Shown here: piece by piece, positions 42,235-52,893 of the stretch | How positions within the stretch are numbered: the first letter of the stretch is position 1 | Layout of the letters: each line of letters starts with the position of its first letter | NCBI GenBank assembly: GCA_963835065.1 | Contig: CAWIEK010000049.1 | Location: 1 to 64,000, forward strand | Origin: an uncultured Chthonomonadaceae bacterium | GTDB taxonomy: Bacteria > Armatimonadota > Chthonomonadetes > Chthonomonadales > Chthonomonadaceae | Direction of reading: 5' to 3' | Length of the DNA: 64,000 nt | Notes under the pieces: model-generated | Seen by the model: only the letters and a program-made list of their open reading frames with translations | Database searches by the model: none | What the model was told of the DNA's origin: nothing | Position numbers and translations under genes: made by a program

Positions 42235-43777
42235 AGCGGTAGACGAGCAGGGCTTGCCCGTGTTCGGCAAAATCGAAGCCCGAACGGAAGCGGACGCGCA
42301 GCGCGAATTGGCGCAGCGCGGTTTGAAACCGCAGTCGCTTGCGCCCTCGTCCGGGAACAGGGAACAGGGAACAGGGAACAGAAGGGAAGAAGACAGAAGC
42401 CAGAAGACAGGAGAGGAAACAGGGAACAGGGAACAGGGAACAGCAGCGCAATCCACAATCGGCAATCGAAAATCGGCAATCGACAATCCTAACACCCTCC
42501 CGTTTTCCGTTGCGGATCGGCTGAATACCAATCCGGCGATGCAGGAAGTGACGAGTATTGGGACGGTGGCTTCGGCTCCGCGTTCGGTGCGGATGTCGGT
42601 GGCGACGGCGAGCGCGCCAATTGCGCAGCAGCAGCCGAAAGTCGGGAACATCACGCTGGCGGGCAACGCGGCCAAAATGCAGGCGCGGGTGACGCAAAGC
42701 AAGGCCACGCCGCAGACCCGTCCGGGCGTAATGGCGCAGGCGTCGGAAACATCGGATTTGGGCGGCGTGAAGACGCGGGACATGATGTTCTTCTTTCGGC
42801 AGTTTGCCAGTTTGACCCATAGCGGCATCACGCTGTTCGGCGCATTGGAAAACCTGGCGGCGCGAACGCCCAATCCCAATCTGGCGCATACAGCGCGGGA
42901 AATGAGCGATGTGGCGCGCAGGGGCGGCATGATTTCCGACGTGATGAAGAAGTACCCGCGCATTTATCCCGAACACGTGACGGGCATGGTGCTGGCGGGC
43001 GAAACGGGCGGGTTTGTCGAGATTGCGCTGTCGGAGATCGCGGACGGGTACGACGCCAATATCAAGCTGTATCGGGGCGCGTGGATTCCCAAAACGATGG
43101 CGTTGCAGGCGTTCTTGATTTTGCCGTTCGTAATCCCGCTGTTTCCGATTTTATTTCGCAGTTTCGATTTTCAGGCCAATCTTGCCGCCTACTTGAAGGT
43201 GGTCACGTTTATCAGCCTGCCGATTAGTTTGGCACTGATTGGCTTGTTGATTTTCGCCGGCAGAAGGCTGCAGTTACCGCAGCATCGGCAACTGCGCGAT
43301 AGCTGGTCTTTGAAAGTGCCCGCGCTGGGGAATTTACAGCGCGAAGTGGCGGTACGGAATTTCCTGCGAATGTTGCGCCGACTGTACCATGCAGGCGTCG
43401 CGCCGATTCATGCGTGGGAAGGCGCGATGAACACGGCAAGCAACGTGGTGATTCGGGATCAGCTTGCGCGTTCGTATGAACTGATGCAGTCGGGAGCCAG
43501 TCTGCCGGAAGCGTTTCAGGCGACGGGATTGTTTGCCGATCAGGTAGAGCAAATGGTGTTCACGGGGCAGCAATCGGGGCAGGTCGTGGAAATGCTGGAT
43601 CAGGCGCAGGCGTATTATGAGGAGCGGGTGGAAGTCGCAACCGGCAAAGCAAAGTTTATGATGCTGCGCATGGGGATACTTGCGATGGTGATCCTGGGCG
43701 GCGGAGCCATGCTGTGGATGGTGAAGAGTTATTTCGGCGCCGTGTTCCACGTCGTGGATACGGAGTTCGGTCAGTAG
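42218..43777 (+). CDS. pilC: Type IV pilus / T2SS inner-membrane platform protein (PilC/GspF family)
   Basis: FFRQFASLTHSG, AGETGG, GQQSGQVVEML. Confidence 0.8.
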   Translation: MNFLYEAVDEQGLPVFGKIEARTEADAQRELAQRGLKPQSLAPSSGNREQGTGNRREEDRSQKTGEETGNREQGTAAQSTIGNRKSAIDNPNTLPFSVADRLNTNPAMQEVTSIGTVASAPRSVRMSVATASAPIAQQQPKVGNITLAGNAAKMQARVTQSKATPQTRPGVMAQASETSDLGGVKTRDMMFFFRQFASLTHSGITLFGALENLAARTPNPNLAHTAREMSDVARRGGMISDVMKKYPRIYPEHVTGMVLAGETGGFVEIALSEIADGYDANIKLYRGAWIPKTMALQAFLILPFVIPLFPILFRSFDFQANLAAYLKVVTFISLPISLALIGLLIFAGRRLQLPQHRQLRDSWSLKVPALGNLQREVAVRNFLRMLRRLYHAGVAPIHAWEGAMNTASNVVIRDQLARSYELMQSGASLPEAFQATGLFADQVEQMVFTGQQSGQVVEMLDQAQAYYEERVEVATGKAKFMMLRMGILAMVILGGGAMLWMVKSYFGAVFHVVDTEFGQ

Positions 43778-43832
43778 AAGTAAAAACATTTGCTGGAGTT
43801 GGGAAGCAGGAGCCGGGACAAGGAAAAAGCGT

Positions 43833-45602
43833 ATGCAGCAGTTTACCTATAGCGCGACGGACACAACGGGCAATGTGGTGGAGGGTACGGTTGCCGCCAA
43901 CGACATGATGGTCGCCGCCGATCAGGTGCGCCGCATGGGGTATACTCCTGTTCGCGTGGAAGTCGCGGAAGGAGCGCTGTCCGGCGCGCGTCCGCTTACG
44001 GCTTTGGAGGGTAGGAGTCAGGGATCAGGGATCAGTGGTCAGGGTACGCAGTCAACCCTTGCTAATCCCAACACCGAATACCAACCACCAGCCACCAACC
44101 ACCAGCCACCAACCATCCAACGCCCTGCCGTTCTGGATTTATCGCAGGTGTATGCCACGCCGGAGAATACGGCGAACACGCTGAACGCGCTGAACGCGCT
44201 TGTGGCTCCCACACTGACGAGCGGCGCGGAGTTGACGGCTCCAACGGGGCGCGTACTGGAACCCTGGGAGCGCAGCGTCACTGCCGGTGAAGTCGTGACG
44301 GGGCAGGAATTGACTTCGCCGCAAAACATAGCGGAAACAGTTCAGGCAACGGGAACGACAAACGCGCTGACGGCGAACGGGACGAACGCAACCGTGACTA
44401 ACGCCAACGGCATGATGGCGACACCGCAACTGCAGGCGGGTGAGAGGGTACAGGGGCGCGCGGGCATTCAGATACCGTATGGCGCGGGCGTTGTGTATGA
44501 CAAGAGTACGTGGCAGCGCTTTCTGGAACTGATTATTTACCCCATTCGTTCGGGTGTGGTCATCAAGGAACTCGCGCCGTATTTGCGGCAGTTTGCCACG
44601 CTGATTAATGCCGGTTTGCCCCTCTATCAATCCCTGGTCGCGCTGGAAAGCAACACGCCTAATGCCAAACTGAAGGAGATCACGCGGGAAGCGCAGCGGC
44701 AGGTACAGGCGGGCGGCAAATTCTCCGATGTAATGGCAGCGTACCCCTGGATTTTCCAGCCGATGCAGGTGGCGATGGTGCGGGCGGCGGAACACGGCGG
44801 GATGCTGGATCAAGTGCTGCGGCAGATCGCGGATTACGTGGAACATGAGATGGAAGTCCGGCGGCTGATCAGCCGGGAAACCCTGTACCCGAAAATCACG
44901 CTGTTTTGCGCCTTAATGATTTTGGGACGGCAGGGATTTGTCGGCGGGCTGCCGGCCATTTCGGGCCTGGTCCTGGGCGAGATGGGGCACGGCACGTATA
45001 CCTTCTGGAACTATCTGGCGGATACCGCCGGGTTCGGGCTGACAATTGCCGTACCTATAATGGCGGCGGTGATTGCCTGCAAATTGTTCCTGTTCAATGT
45101 GCCGAGCATACGCGAAGGGTATGAAACCTTCAAAATGGCGATACCGGGATTGGGCAAGGTATCGCAGATGTTTGCCACCGCGCGGTTCGGGCGCACGTAT
45201 GCGGCGTTGTCGCGGGGCGGGTTTCCGGTCGGTTCCGCGCTGCAAATATCGGGCGACGCCTGCGGCAACGCGCTGATGCGGCGGGCGGCATTGAGCGCGA
45301 TACCGGACGCGGAGCGGGGCGGCCTGGTGTCCGATGCGCTGGCGCGAACCCGCGCGTTTCCGTCTATGGCGCTGGACATGCTGCGCACAGGCGAAACATC
45401 GGGCGCAACGGATCAGATGCTGGACCGCGTGGCCGACTTTTACGAGGCGGAAGGCAAGCAGAAAACGCATACGTATGCTATGATTTTAGGCACGGTGGTT
45501 TTCCTGATAGTCGCCTTCATGGTGGGCAACGCGATTATTCAGCAGTACGGCGCATTGGGCGCGCGCAGCACCACGCTGCCGGACGATGGACACGGCGAGT
45601 AG
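43833..45602 (+). CDS. pilC: Second PilC/GspF family protein with long N-terminal insertion
   Basis: RQFATLINAGLP, AAEHGG, TGETSGATDQML. Confidence 0.8.
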   Translation: MQQFTYSATDTTGNVVEGTVAANDMMVAADQVRRMGYTPVRVEVAEGALSGARPLTALEGRSQGSGISGQGTQSTLANPNTEYQPPATNHQPPTIQRPAVLDLSQVYATPENTANTLNALNALVAPTLTSGAELTAPTGRVLEPWERSVTAGEVVTGQELTSPQNIAETVQATGTTNALTANGTNATVTNANGMMATPQLQAGERVQGRAGIQIPYGAGVVYDKSTWQRFLELIIYPIRSGVVIKELAPYLRQFATLINAGLPLYQSLVALESNTPNAKLKEITREAQRQVQAGGKFSDVMAAYPWIFQPMQVAMVRAAEHGGMLDQVLRQIADYVEHEMEVRRLISRETLYPKITLFCALMILGRQGFVGGLPAISGLVLGEMGHGTYTFWNYLADTAGFGLTIAVPIMAAVIACKLFLFNVPSIREGYETFKMAIPGLGKVSQMFATARFGRTYAALSRGGFPVGSALQISGDACGNALMRRAALSAIPDAERGGLVSDALARTRAFPSMALDMLRTGETSGATDQMLDRVADFYEAEGKQKTHTYAMILGTVVFLIVAFMVGNAIIQQYGALGARSTTLPDDGHGE

Positions 45603-45772
45603 CTTGAACCCGATCTTCGGTATTCGGTATTCGGTATTCGGGCAGCCGGCGTTTTCATCAGCTGCTATGAGCGCAGTTCATCCTATCTTTTCCTGAAAAT
45701 TGATGAAGATTAGCAGCTTGTGAGAGGCTGACAATGATCGCATTGTAAAGATGGAATGGTTAATCAACATAG

Positions 45773-47203
45773 ATGAGCAGTTCTACCAAAGACTACTATG
45801 CCGTAATGGGCGTTAATGCGAAGGCGTCCGGGGACGAGATCAAGAAGCGTTACCGCGAACTCGCCCGGCGCTATCATCCCGACGTGAACCCGAAGCCGGA
45901 CGCCGCGCAGAAGATCAAGGAGATCAACGAAGCCTACGGCGTCATTGGGGATACGGAACGTCGGGCTTCCTACGACGCCGAACGCATGTTTGAAGCGAAA
46001 ACGGCTTCCGCTTCGGCTTCCACGCCCCGTCAAACGCCCCCTTCGCAGCCGCCGCGCCCCGCTCCCAACAATGGGAATGTAGGCGGTTCGCGCCCTTTTC
46101 GGCCAACCCCGCCGTCCAACCGCGCCGGCAATGCGTACAACCGTAACAACCCCAATGGCGCAAATTCCAACAGTAACAATGCGGATGCGGATTGGGACTC
46201 GCTGCTGTATGGGCGCAAGCACTCCGATACCAACGCGCGGACGGGTTCGGGCGCAGGAACCACGCGCCCCACCTCTGCCTACGCGGGGCAACAGGCGACA
46301 GCGGCCACTAACCGGGAACGGGTTGCCGCGCAGCGCAAAGCCACGGAGCGCGCGGCGGAAGTGGAGCGGCTTGTTGGAGAAGCGCAGCTTGCGTTCATCA
46401 ATCGCCGGTACGCTGAATCGGAAGATTTTGCGCGGCAGGTGATCCGTTTGGATGGACGGAACGCAGTGGCGTATGAATTGCTGGGAGATGCCGCCCGTAA
46501 GCAGGGAAACACCGAGGGCGCGATACAGGCGTACTCGCTGGCAATACAACTGAACCCGCGCAACCATAACGCGCAGGCAAATTTAGACCGACTCTTGGGG
46601 GTGGGCGGCAAATCCGCGCCTCATGGCCCGACGCTTGCCCGAACGCCGCATGTGCCGCTATCGCAGCGATTGGGCAGCGATCTGGTTGTGAATGGGGCCG
46701 GGGCGGTTTGCCTCGTAGGACTAGGCGGCTGTTTGGGCGCAGTGTATATGTTTCCGGGAACCGGAATTGTGTTGGGCCTGTCGTTTAATCTGCTGATTGC
46801 GCTGATGGTTTGCGGCATATTGGGCGGCGTACTGCTGGCTTTGTATGGCGGGATGCGGCCCCAATCACAGGAACTGGCCGCGCGCAAGGATGGGCGCAGT
46901 CCCGTGCCCTTGCATGGCGTGCTTGGCCTGCTGGCGCTGGTATGGTTTTTCCTGTCGCTGCTGGCGTATCTTGTCGTCGGCATGACGCAGAACCGGGTGT
47001 CGGCGTCCGTGCTGCGCGCGTATGGGCTGACCCTGCTGTTAAATGTAACCTTTGTCATGCTGTATCATCCGGCGGAGTTGGCGCGGGAGGGCAATTTCAG
47101 CGTTCCCACAGCGGCGTTTGCGGGCAATCTCCTGTTTCCGGCGATATTGTTGGGCTGGAAGATCGGGGATACGCTGCGGTTGGGGCGTTACGGAGGGAAC
47201 TGA
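45773..47203 (+). CDS. J-domain + TPR membrane protein
   Basis: DYYAVMGV..YHPD J-domain, TPR motifs, C-terminal TM helices. Confidence 0.85.
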   Translation: MSSSTKDYYAVMGVNAKASGDEIKKRYRELARRYHPDVNPKPDAAQKIKEINEAYGVIGDTERRASYDAERMFEAKTASASASTPRQTPPSQPPRPAPNNGNVGGSRPFRPTPPSNRAGNAYNRNNPNGANSNSNNADADWDSLLYGRKHSDTNARTGSGAGTTRPTSAYAGQQATAATNRERVAAQRKATERAAEVERLVGEAQLAFINRRYAESEDFARQVIRLDGRNAVAYELLGDAARKQGNTEGAIQAYSLAIQLNPRNHNAQANLDRLLGVGGKSAPHGPTLARTPHVPLSQRLGSDLVVNGAGAVCLVGLGGCLGAVYMFPGTGIVLGLSFNLLIALMVCGILGGVLLALYGGMRPQSQELAARKDGRSPVPLHGVLGLLALVWFFLSLLAYLVVGMTQNRVSASVLRAYGLTLLLNVTFVMLYHPAELAREGNFSVPTAAFAGNLLFPAILLGWKIGDTLRLGRYGGN

Positions 47204-48238
47204 ATGGCGAACAATTTGGGCAAAGCCATTGATGTCGTGCCGTTGTTCGATCCACGCGAGGGCATGATTGTGCGCGCTCCGCTCGGCGAAGGCGCGGGCT
47301 GGTGGGCGGGCGCTCCGGGAGCCAGTTTCGACGCGGCGACGAACACCTTTTATCTTGTCTATCGCCTGCGACAGCCGCGCGAATTGGGGCGCGGCGTGGA
47401 ATGTCGCATTGCGGCAAGCGATAACGGCGTGACATTCAAGGACATCTGGGCGCTGCCGAAAACGTCGCTTGCCGCCCTGTCGCTGGAGCGTTCGAGTTTA
47501 TTGCGCGGTCTGGACGACAAATGGCGATTGTATCTGAGTTATGTCAGCGAGGAAGACCAGAAGTGGCGTATCAGCGTACTGGAAGCTGATGAGCCGGACG
47601 GGTTTGATCTAAGTCGCCTGCAGGTGGTGATGACGCCGGAAGATGTAGGCGCGGAAGGCGTGAAAGACCCGGCGGTAATGCTGATCGGGCGAATGTACTA
47701 TATGCTGGCGAGTTACGCCACACGGGAAGGCGATCTGTCTGCTGAAGCGCAGCAGGGCAAACACGCGACGGGCGACATTTACAACACCGGCCTGACTCGT
47801 TCGCGGACAGGCGCGGCTATCAGCGGCGACGGACAGCATTTTCAATGGCTTGGAGATGTGTCACCCTTGTCCAATCCTCTTTCGGCTGTGTCCGGCGTTC
47901 GCAACGCCGAAATATCAACTGCGCCTGTATGGGATGCTTACTGCAAGCGGATTGGAAGCGTCGTGCCTTTAGATACGGGCGGTTATTTAGCCTTCTACGA
48001 TGGCAGCGCGTCGGTATCCGAAAACTATGAAGAGAAAACGGGACTTGCGCACTCGTTTGACCTGCGGACGTTTTACTCCCTGTCGCCGCATACTCCCGCG
48101 CTTGTTTCGCCCCACGCAAGCGGCAGCCTGCGCTATATAGACGTGCTGCCGGTCGGACGCGAACTCTTCTATTATTATGAGATAGCGACCGAAGATGGCT
48201 CCCACGAACTGCGCGTCAGCGTTGTGGAACGGGATTGA
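47204..48238 (+). CDS. Five-bladed beta-propeller glycosidase-like protein
   Basis: WAGAP, GVKDP, LRYID. Confidence 0.6.
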   Translation: MANNLGKAIDVVPLFDPREGMIVRAPLGEGAGWWAGAPGASFDAATNTFYLVYRLRQPRELGRGVECRIAASDNGVTFKDIWALPKTSLAALSLERSSLLRGLDDKWRLYLSYVSEEDQKWRISVLEADEPDGFDLSRLQVVMTPEDVGAEGVKDPAVMLIGRMYYMLASYATREGDLSAEAQQGKHATGDIYNTGLTRSRTGAAISGDGQHFQWLGDVSPLSNPLSAVSGVRNAEISTAPVWDAYCKRIGSVVPLDTGGYLAFYDGSASVSENYEEKTGLAHSFDLRTFYSLSPHTPALVSPHASGSLRYIDVLPVGRELFYYYEIATEDGSHELRVSVVERD

Positions 48239-48264
48239 GGCCAATCCCGTTCAAATAAAAATTC

Positions 48265-48314
48265 GTAGGGACACAACATGTTGTGTCCTCTCTGTGTAAT
48301 TTATTGCGCCCTCT
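48265..48314 (+). repeat. GTAG-type REP-like palindrome
   Basis: gtagggacacaacatgttgtgtcc followed by the aatttattgcgccctct half-site also seen at 4.1 kb. Confidence 0.6.
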
Positions 48315-48340
48315 CCGTTGAGTATTGAAGGAGTTTTTGT

Positions 48341-49196
48341 ATGTGGATGCGTTGCTTTGGGCTGTCGGCGTTGCTAACAAGTGTTTCGTTGGGCGTGGCT
48401 CGCGCCGATATGTCGGCGCAGGACATTCTCAAGAAAATGAAGGCTGTGTACGACGTAAAAACGTTTCAGGGCACGGTGACGGTGCGGCAGGCGGGAACAA
48501 CCGACGAGAACAAGCCTTTCAACCAGAGCAGTGTTGAGGAAGTGATGTTCAAGCAGCCCGGTATGGTGTACATGAAGAATTCGGGGCCGGCGGTGGGCGG
48601 GACGCAAATCACGGTGTTCACGGGCAAAGAACAAATCATGTACAGTTCCGGGCGCAATCAGTACGTGAAGCAGCCCATGCCTCCTCTACCGCCGAATGCG
48701 CGTATGTCCGTACTGTCGCTGCTGGATGTTAATTTCGACGCGCAAAGTGGCAAGTTGCTGAGTTCCACAACAGTTGGCGGAAAAGCGGCGTATGTGATTC
48801 AGACGTTGCCGGCGGTAATGCCGCTTCCACCCGGCGCGGGAGCGCAGGAAAGAAAGCAACTGGAACAGTTGCGAAAGATGCTGGTTCCCTCGGAACTCGT
48901 GATTGACAAAAAGGATTTTCATCTGCTGCGCGTTACCCAAAAGCAGTCGGGCATGAACCTGACAAAAACGTTGGAACTTGACGCAGCAAACGTTTAATCC
49001 TGATTTACCCGACAACGTTTTCGTCTTCACGCCGCCATCGGGCGCGAAAATGGCAATGCGCGGAGCGCCCAACATACCGGGAGGTATTGTAAAGGGCGGC
49101 AGCGGAAACACAGGCAATCCGGGCGCGCGGGTCAGCAAGGGGAGCGGCAATCCGCTTCCGCCGCCTCATGCCAGTCCGGGCGGGCAGAAGCCGTAA
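48341..49196 (+). CDS. LolA-like / DUF2092 periplasmic protein (frameshift ~48985)
   Basis: Signal peptide, AQDILKKM, IDKKDF, continuation FNPDLPDNVFVFTPPSGAK. Confidence 0.7.
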
Positions 49197-49241
49197 GATT
49201 TTACTTTTAATTTCGCGGCGTGGAAATGAACGGAATTCAAT

Positions 49242-49895
49242 TTGTCAGGTGCAGAAAATAAAGCGCGTATCTATATTGTTCGGCATGGCGTGACGGCGTG
49301 GAACCGCGAGATGCGGATGCAGGGGCATACGGATGTGGCCTTGCATGAGGACGGGAGGCAACAGGCGGCGCTGCTCGCGGTCCGGCTTGCAGGTTCGGCT
49401 TTTCCGCCCGAAGCGATTTATTCCAGTGACTTGAGCCGGGCGCGGGAAACGGCGGAAGCGATTGGCCGCGTGCTTGGCTTGGAAGTGCAGGCGAGCGAAC
49501 AATTACGAGAAACGGGTCTGGGCGAGTGGGAAGGCTTGACGCGGGAGGAAATCGAAACGCGCGGCGATGCCGAACTGCTGGCGAATTATCTGCGCGACTC
49601 GCATACCTACCGTCCTCCCGGCAGCGAAACGCTCGAATCCGTGTGGGAACGCATGAACAGCGTGATGGAAACCATTCGGCGCGATCATCCCGGTGGCAAC
49701 GTCGCGGTTGTCGGGCATGGCGGAAGTCTACGCGCCCTGCTGTGCGCCGCGCTGGACGCGCCGATTTCTTCCATGCGTCACTTATGGCTGGACAACGCTT
49801 CCTTGAGCATCATCGAGGAAACCGGCCCACTCGAACCCCGTCACCGCCGCGTGACGCTGGTGAATGATACGTCCCATCTAGGCATTAGGCATTAG
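49242..49895 (+). CDS. Histidine phosphatase family protein
   Basis: VRHG, SSDLSRA, GEWEG, VGHGG, NDTSHL. Confidence 0.88.
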   Translation: MSGAENKARIYIVRHGVTAWNREMRMQGHTDVALHEDGRQQAALLAVRLAGSAFPPEAIYSSDLSRARETAEAIGRVLGLEVQASEQLRETGLGEWEGLTREEIETRGDAELLANYLRDSHTYRPPGSETLESVWERMNSVMETIRRDHPGGNVAVVGHGGSLRALLCAALDAPISSMRHLWLDNASLSIIEETGPLEPRHRRVTLVNDTSHLGIRH

Positions 49896-49961
49896 GCATC
49901 TGGCATTAGGAACAACATCAAACCTGCCTGCTTATCTCTAATGCCTGATGCCTAATGCCTA

Positions 49962-51107
49962 ATGCCTATGATTTCCGCTCTCTCCCCTCTAACTTACTTC
50001 CGCCGCAATTTAGGCAAAACGCTGCCGATGGCGTTTGTAATCGTGCTTTCCGTGATGATGGTGGCGAGCGTTGTCACCATTATTCGCAGCATTGACCTGA
50101 CCGTGTTTACGCTGTATGGCTACAACCGCTTCTTGACCGGCCTGACGCCGCGCAACGCGCTGGTGATTGACGAGAAGCAGGTCGCCAGAGTGCGCAAACT
50201 GCCGGAATTGGGCGTGATGTACCCGACGCACTCGTATACGGTGCTGGTAAAAACCATCTTCGGCAAGATGCCGTTTCCCCTTTTTGGATTAGATGAGCCG
50301 GGACGCAATCTCATCTTGGAGCGGTGCAGCGTTCGCATTGCGAAGGGCCGGATGCCGATTGACGGACAGCCGGAAGCCGTGATTTCAGACGATGTAGCGC
50401 GCAACATGGGGCTGAAGATCGGCGACGTGATTTCCAAACCGGAATCGGAAGATGCGTATGCCCCGCAGCCGATCAAAGTGGTCGGCCTGCTGCACGGCCC
50501 GGTGTGGATCGGCCTGACCAACAAAGCGTTTGTGGACGCCAATTCGCCGTTTACGTTTGTCGGCTACCTCGCGTTCGCTCCCAGTGGGGATGAACAGGCG
50601 CAGCGGCGTCTCGATACTGCGATGGAAAAGATCGTAGACAAGAAACTGGCGCGGGTGTGGCGGTTCGCCGGGTTGGTGCGCGAAACGAGGAGTGCCCTGT
50701 CCAACCTGTACCTGATTTTGAACATCGTCACCACGCTGATTGTGTTCGCCATTGCGTTTGTGTGCGCTCTGCTGTCAAACATCTACTTCACGCAACGCCT
50801 GCCGGAAATCGCCACGCTGTCAGCCATCGGGTACGGGCGCGGGCAATTATTGCGGCGGGCGTTTGGAGAAACCGCGTTGCTGTGCGTGGTAGGATGGGTG
50901 CTTGGCGGCATCGTAACGGTCGGGCTGCTGTACGCGATCTATCTGGTGGCGCTGGAACCCAAAGGATTGCTTCTTAATCCGGTTGATCCAACCGCGTTTC
51001 TGTTCACCCTGCCGATGCCGTTTACCATTACCGCCTTTGCGATTGTCACCATCTGGCGTCGCCTGTCCCTGCTCGACCCCGTTTCGATTATTGAGCGGCG
51101 GGGGTAG
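49962..51107 (+). CDS. FtsX/MacB-like ABC transporter permease
   Basis: TM, periplasmic domain, QRLPEIATLSAIG, three TMs. Confidence 0.8.
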   Translation: MPMISALSPLTYFRRNLGKTLPMAFVIVLSVMMVASVVTIIRSIDLTVFTLYGYNRFLTGLTPRNALVIDEKQVARVRKLPELGVMYPTHSYTVLVKTIFGKMPFPLFGLDEPGRNLILERCSVRIAKGRMPIDGQPEAVISDDVARNMGLKIGDVISKPESEDAYAPQPIKVVGLLHGPVWIGLTNKAFVDANSPFTFVGYLAFAPSGDEQAQRRLDTAMEKIVDKKLARVWRFAGLVRETRSALSNLYLILNIVTTLIVFAIAFVCALLSNIYFTQRLPEIATLSAIGYGRGQLLRRAFGETALLCVVGWVLGGIVTVGLLYAIYLVALEPKGLLLNPVDPTAFLFTLPMPFTITAFAIVTIWRRLSLLDPVSIIERRG

Positions 51108-51158
51108 GGAATTGACTATTTTCGATTTACGATTGACGATTTGCAGGAAGGAAAGACG

Positions 51159-51743
51159 ATGGCTGAGTCCGTATCTGCGGCACTGGTGACTTTACAGGCG
51201 TATTTCGAGCAGGAAGATGCGGCGACAACAAAAAGCGAGTATTACGACGGAGTAGTTGTGGCAATGTCCGGCGCAACGCCTGCGCATGTCCGTATTACCA
51301 CTAATTTGACGCGGCTGATGGGAAATCAATTGGAAGGACAACCCTGTGAACCATTCGACAGTGATATGCGGGTGTACGTGGAAGCTTGTAATGTCACGTT
51401 TTACCCCGATCAAACGGTCGTCTGTGGAACTCCTGACTTTGCAAATACGACTCTGGCAACGCTGCTCAATCCTGCCCTGATTATCGAAGCGCTTTCCGCC
51501 TCTACGGAGCGGATAGATCGAGGTTACAAATTCGATTGCTACCGAACGTTGCCCTCGCTTTCCATGTATGTGCTGATTGCGCAATTGGAGCCGCGTGTCG
51601 AAGTATTTACCCGGCAGGAAGATGGTTCGTGGCGGTACGAAGTTGCAAAGGGATTGGCGGCTGAAATCGCGCTGCCTGCCATTAACTGTGTGTTGCGTCT
51701 CGCAGAAGTGTATGCGCGTGTCGTGTTTTCACAGGAGGTTTGA
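51159..51743 (+). CDS. Uma2 (DUF820) family protein
   Basis: KSEYYDG..MSG..H, FYPD, EALSASTE..DRGYKF. Confidence 0.85.
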   Translation: MAESVSAALVTLQAYFEQEDAATTKSEYYDGVVVAMSGATPAHVRITTNLTRLMGNQLEGQPCEPFDSDMRVYVEACNVTFYPDQTVVCGTPDFANTTLATLLNPALIIEALSASTERIDRGYKFDCYRTLPSLSMYVLIAQLEPRVEVFTRQEDGSWRYEVAKGLAAEIALPAINCVLRLAEVYARVVFSQEV

Positions 51744-51807
51744 GCAGGCAGGAAGCAACAAAGGAACTTATGAACAAACTACATGAACTCTGCACAATCT
51801 CACGTCA

Positions 51808-51943
51808 GTCAAGGGAATAAATTCACTCGCTACGCGGCGTACCGCCGAAGCGTCCTTCGGACGCAACTCTGTTTTGCCTGAAACTCCTGTCCGAAGGACA
51901 GTCCGCCGCAGGCGCGTAGCGAGGGAATTTATTCCACTTTGAC
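51808..51943. repeat. REPIN-like inverted pair of GTAG palindromes
   Basis: ggaataaattcactcgctacgc ... gcgtagcgagggaatttattcc with inner gtccttcggac/gtccgaaggac. Confidence 0.7.
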
Positions 51944-51956
51944 CGTTGCGCATTGA

Positions 51957-52721
51957 TTATGGCTTCTGGTGTGCTGCCTTCTTTTGGAAGTTCCAGATTA
52001 CCATGTTAGAGTCACGCGCGCTTCCGTCGCTCATAAATTTTACATGTCCATCGAAGAACGCATAGTTTCCACCTTCGTTATGTCGCCCCGGTTTCGGCAG
52101 AATTTCTTTGCCTCCTGCCATATTCCAGATCGCTGCGTCACTCTCAAACAGGGTGATGAGTCTTTTCCCGTTCGTTGATTTCAGACAGTGGAAACGCCTG
52201 CAAGCGCTCGGTTCATCGCGTAACTGTAAGGAGAAGTTGCAGTGGGGCAGTGCCACAAGGGCGCGTCGGCATTGTCTTTGGTGTAAGTGCCGGTTTGTGT
52301 TGCCCATTGAGGCGCGGGCGGCAACTTTTCATCCCAATCCTGCGCGTACATGAGGATGCCGAGGCTAATTTGCTTCAGGTTGCTCTGGCATGAGGCTGTC
52401 GGCACTCTGTTTTGCGCTTGATCGAACAATACGCAGGACAACCATGCCGGCCATTCCAGTAAAAAAGACAAGAGCCGCGACAACACCAATCACTCCTGAA
52501 GACAGATGCCGTTGTCGATACTTTCTGTACTCGATAATGACGGTCCACACGAGTAAACCATTCACTATAAATGCCGCGCATAAGGCATCAATGTCATTGT
52601 ACGACCCACTGGTATGACTCAGATAACTGGAGATAAGCATCCATTCCACGCCGAAAACAAATGCGAGGCCGAACAGTATTGCCAGAATGACGATTGGATT
52701 GGAAAGTCTTGGGCGTTTCAT
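51957..52721 (-). CDS. DUF1559 / H-X9-DG domain membrane protein (two frameshifts)
   Basis: TM ORF, then CQSNLKQISLGILMYAQDWDEKLP, then RHNEGGNYAFFDGHVK in successive frames. Confidence 0.75.
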
Positions 52722-52893
52722 TGAGTTCTCCGAGTGTGCCTGCCTGGGTTGTATTCCCTTGTTCGTGATTGAACTGGAAATTCCTGCAAGAAGATGGCGC
52801 GTTTTGGCTGCATCCGTCTGCCTGATGCTGTCGTAATTGCAGGATTGACGTAAATAGCGGCAGAGGAATCACATGAAACGAGGAGCAACGGTT

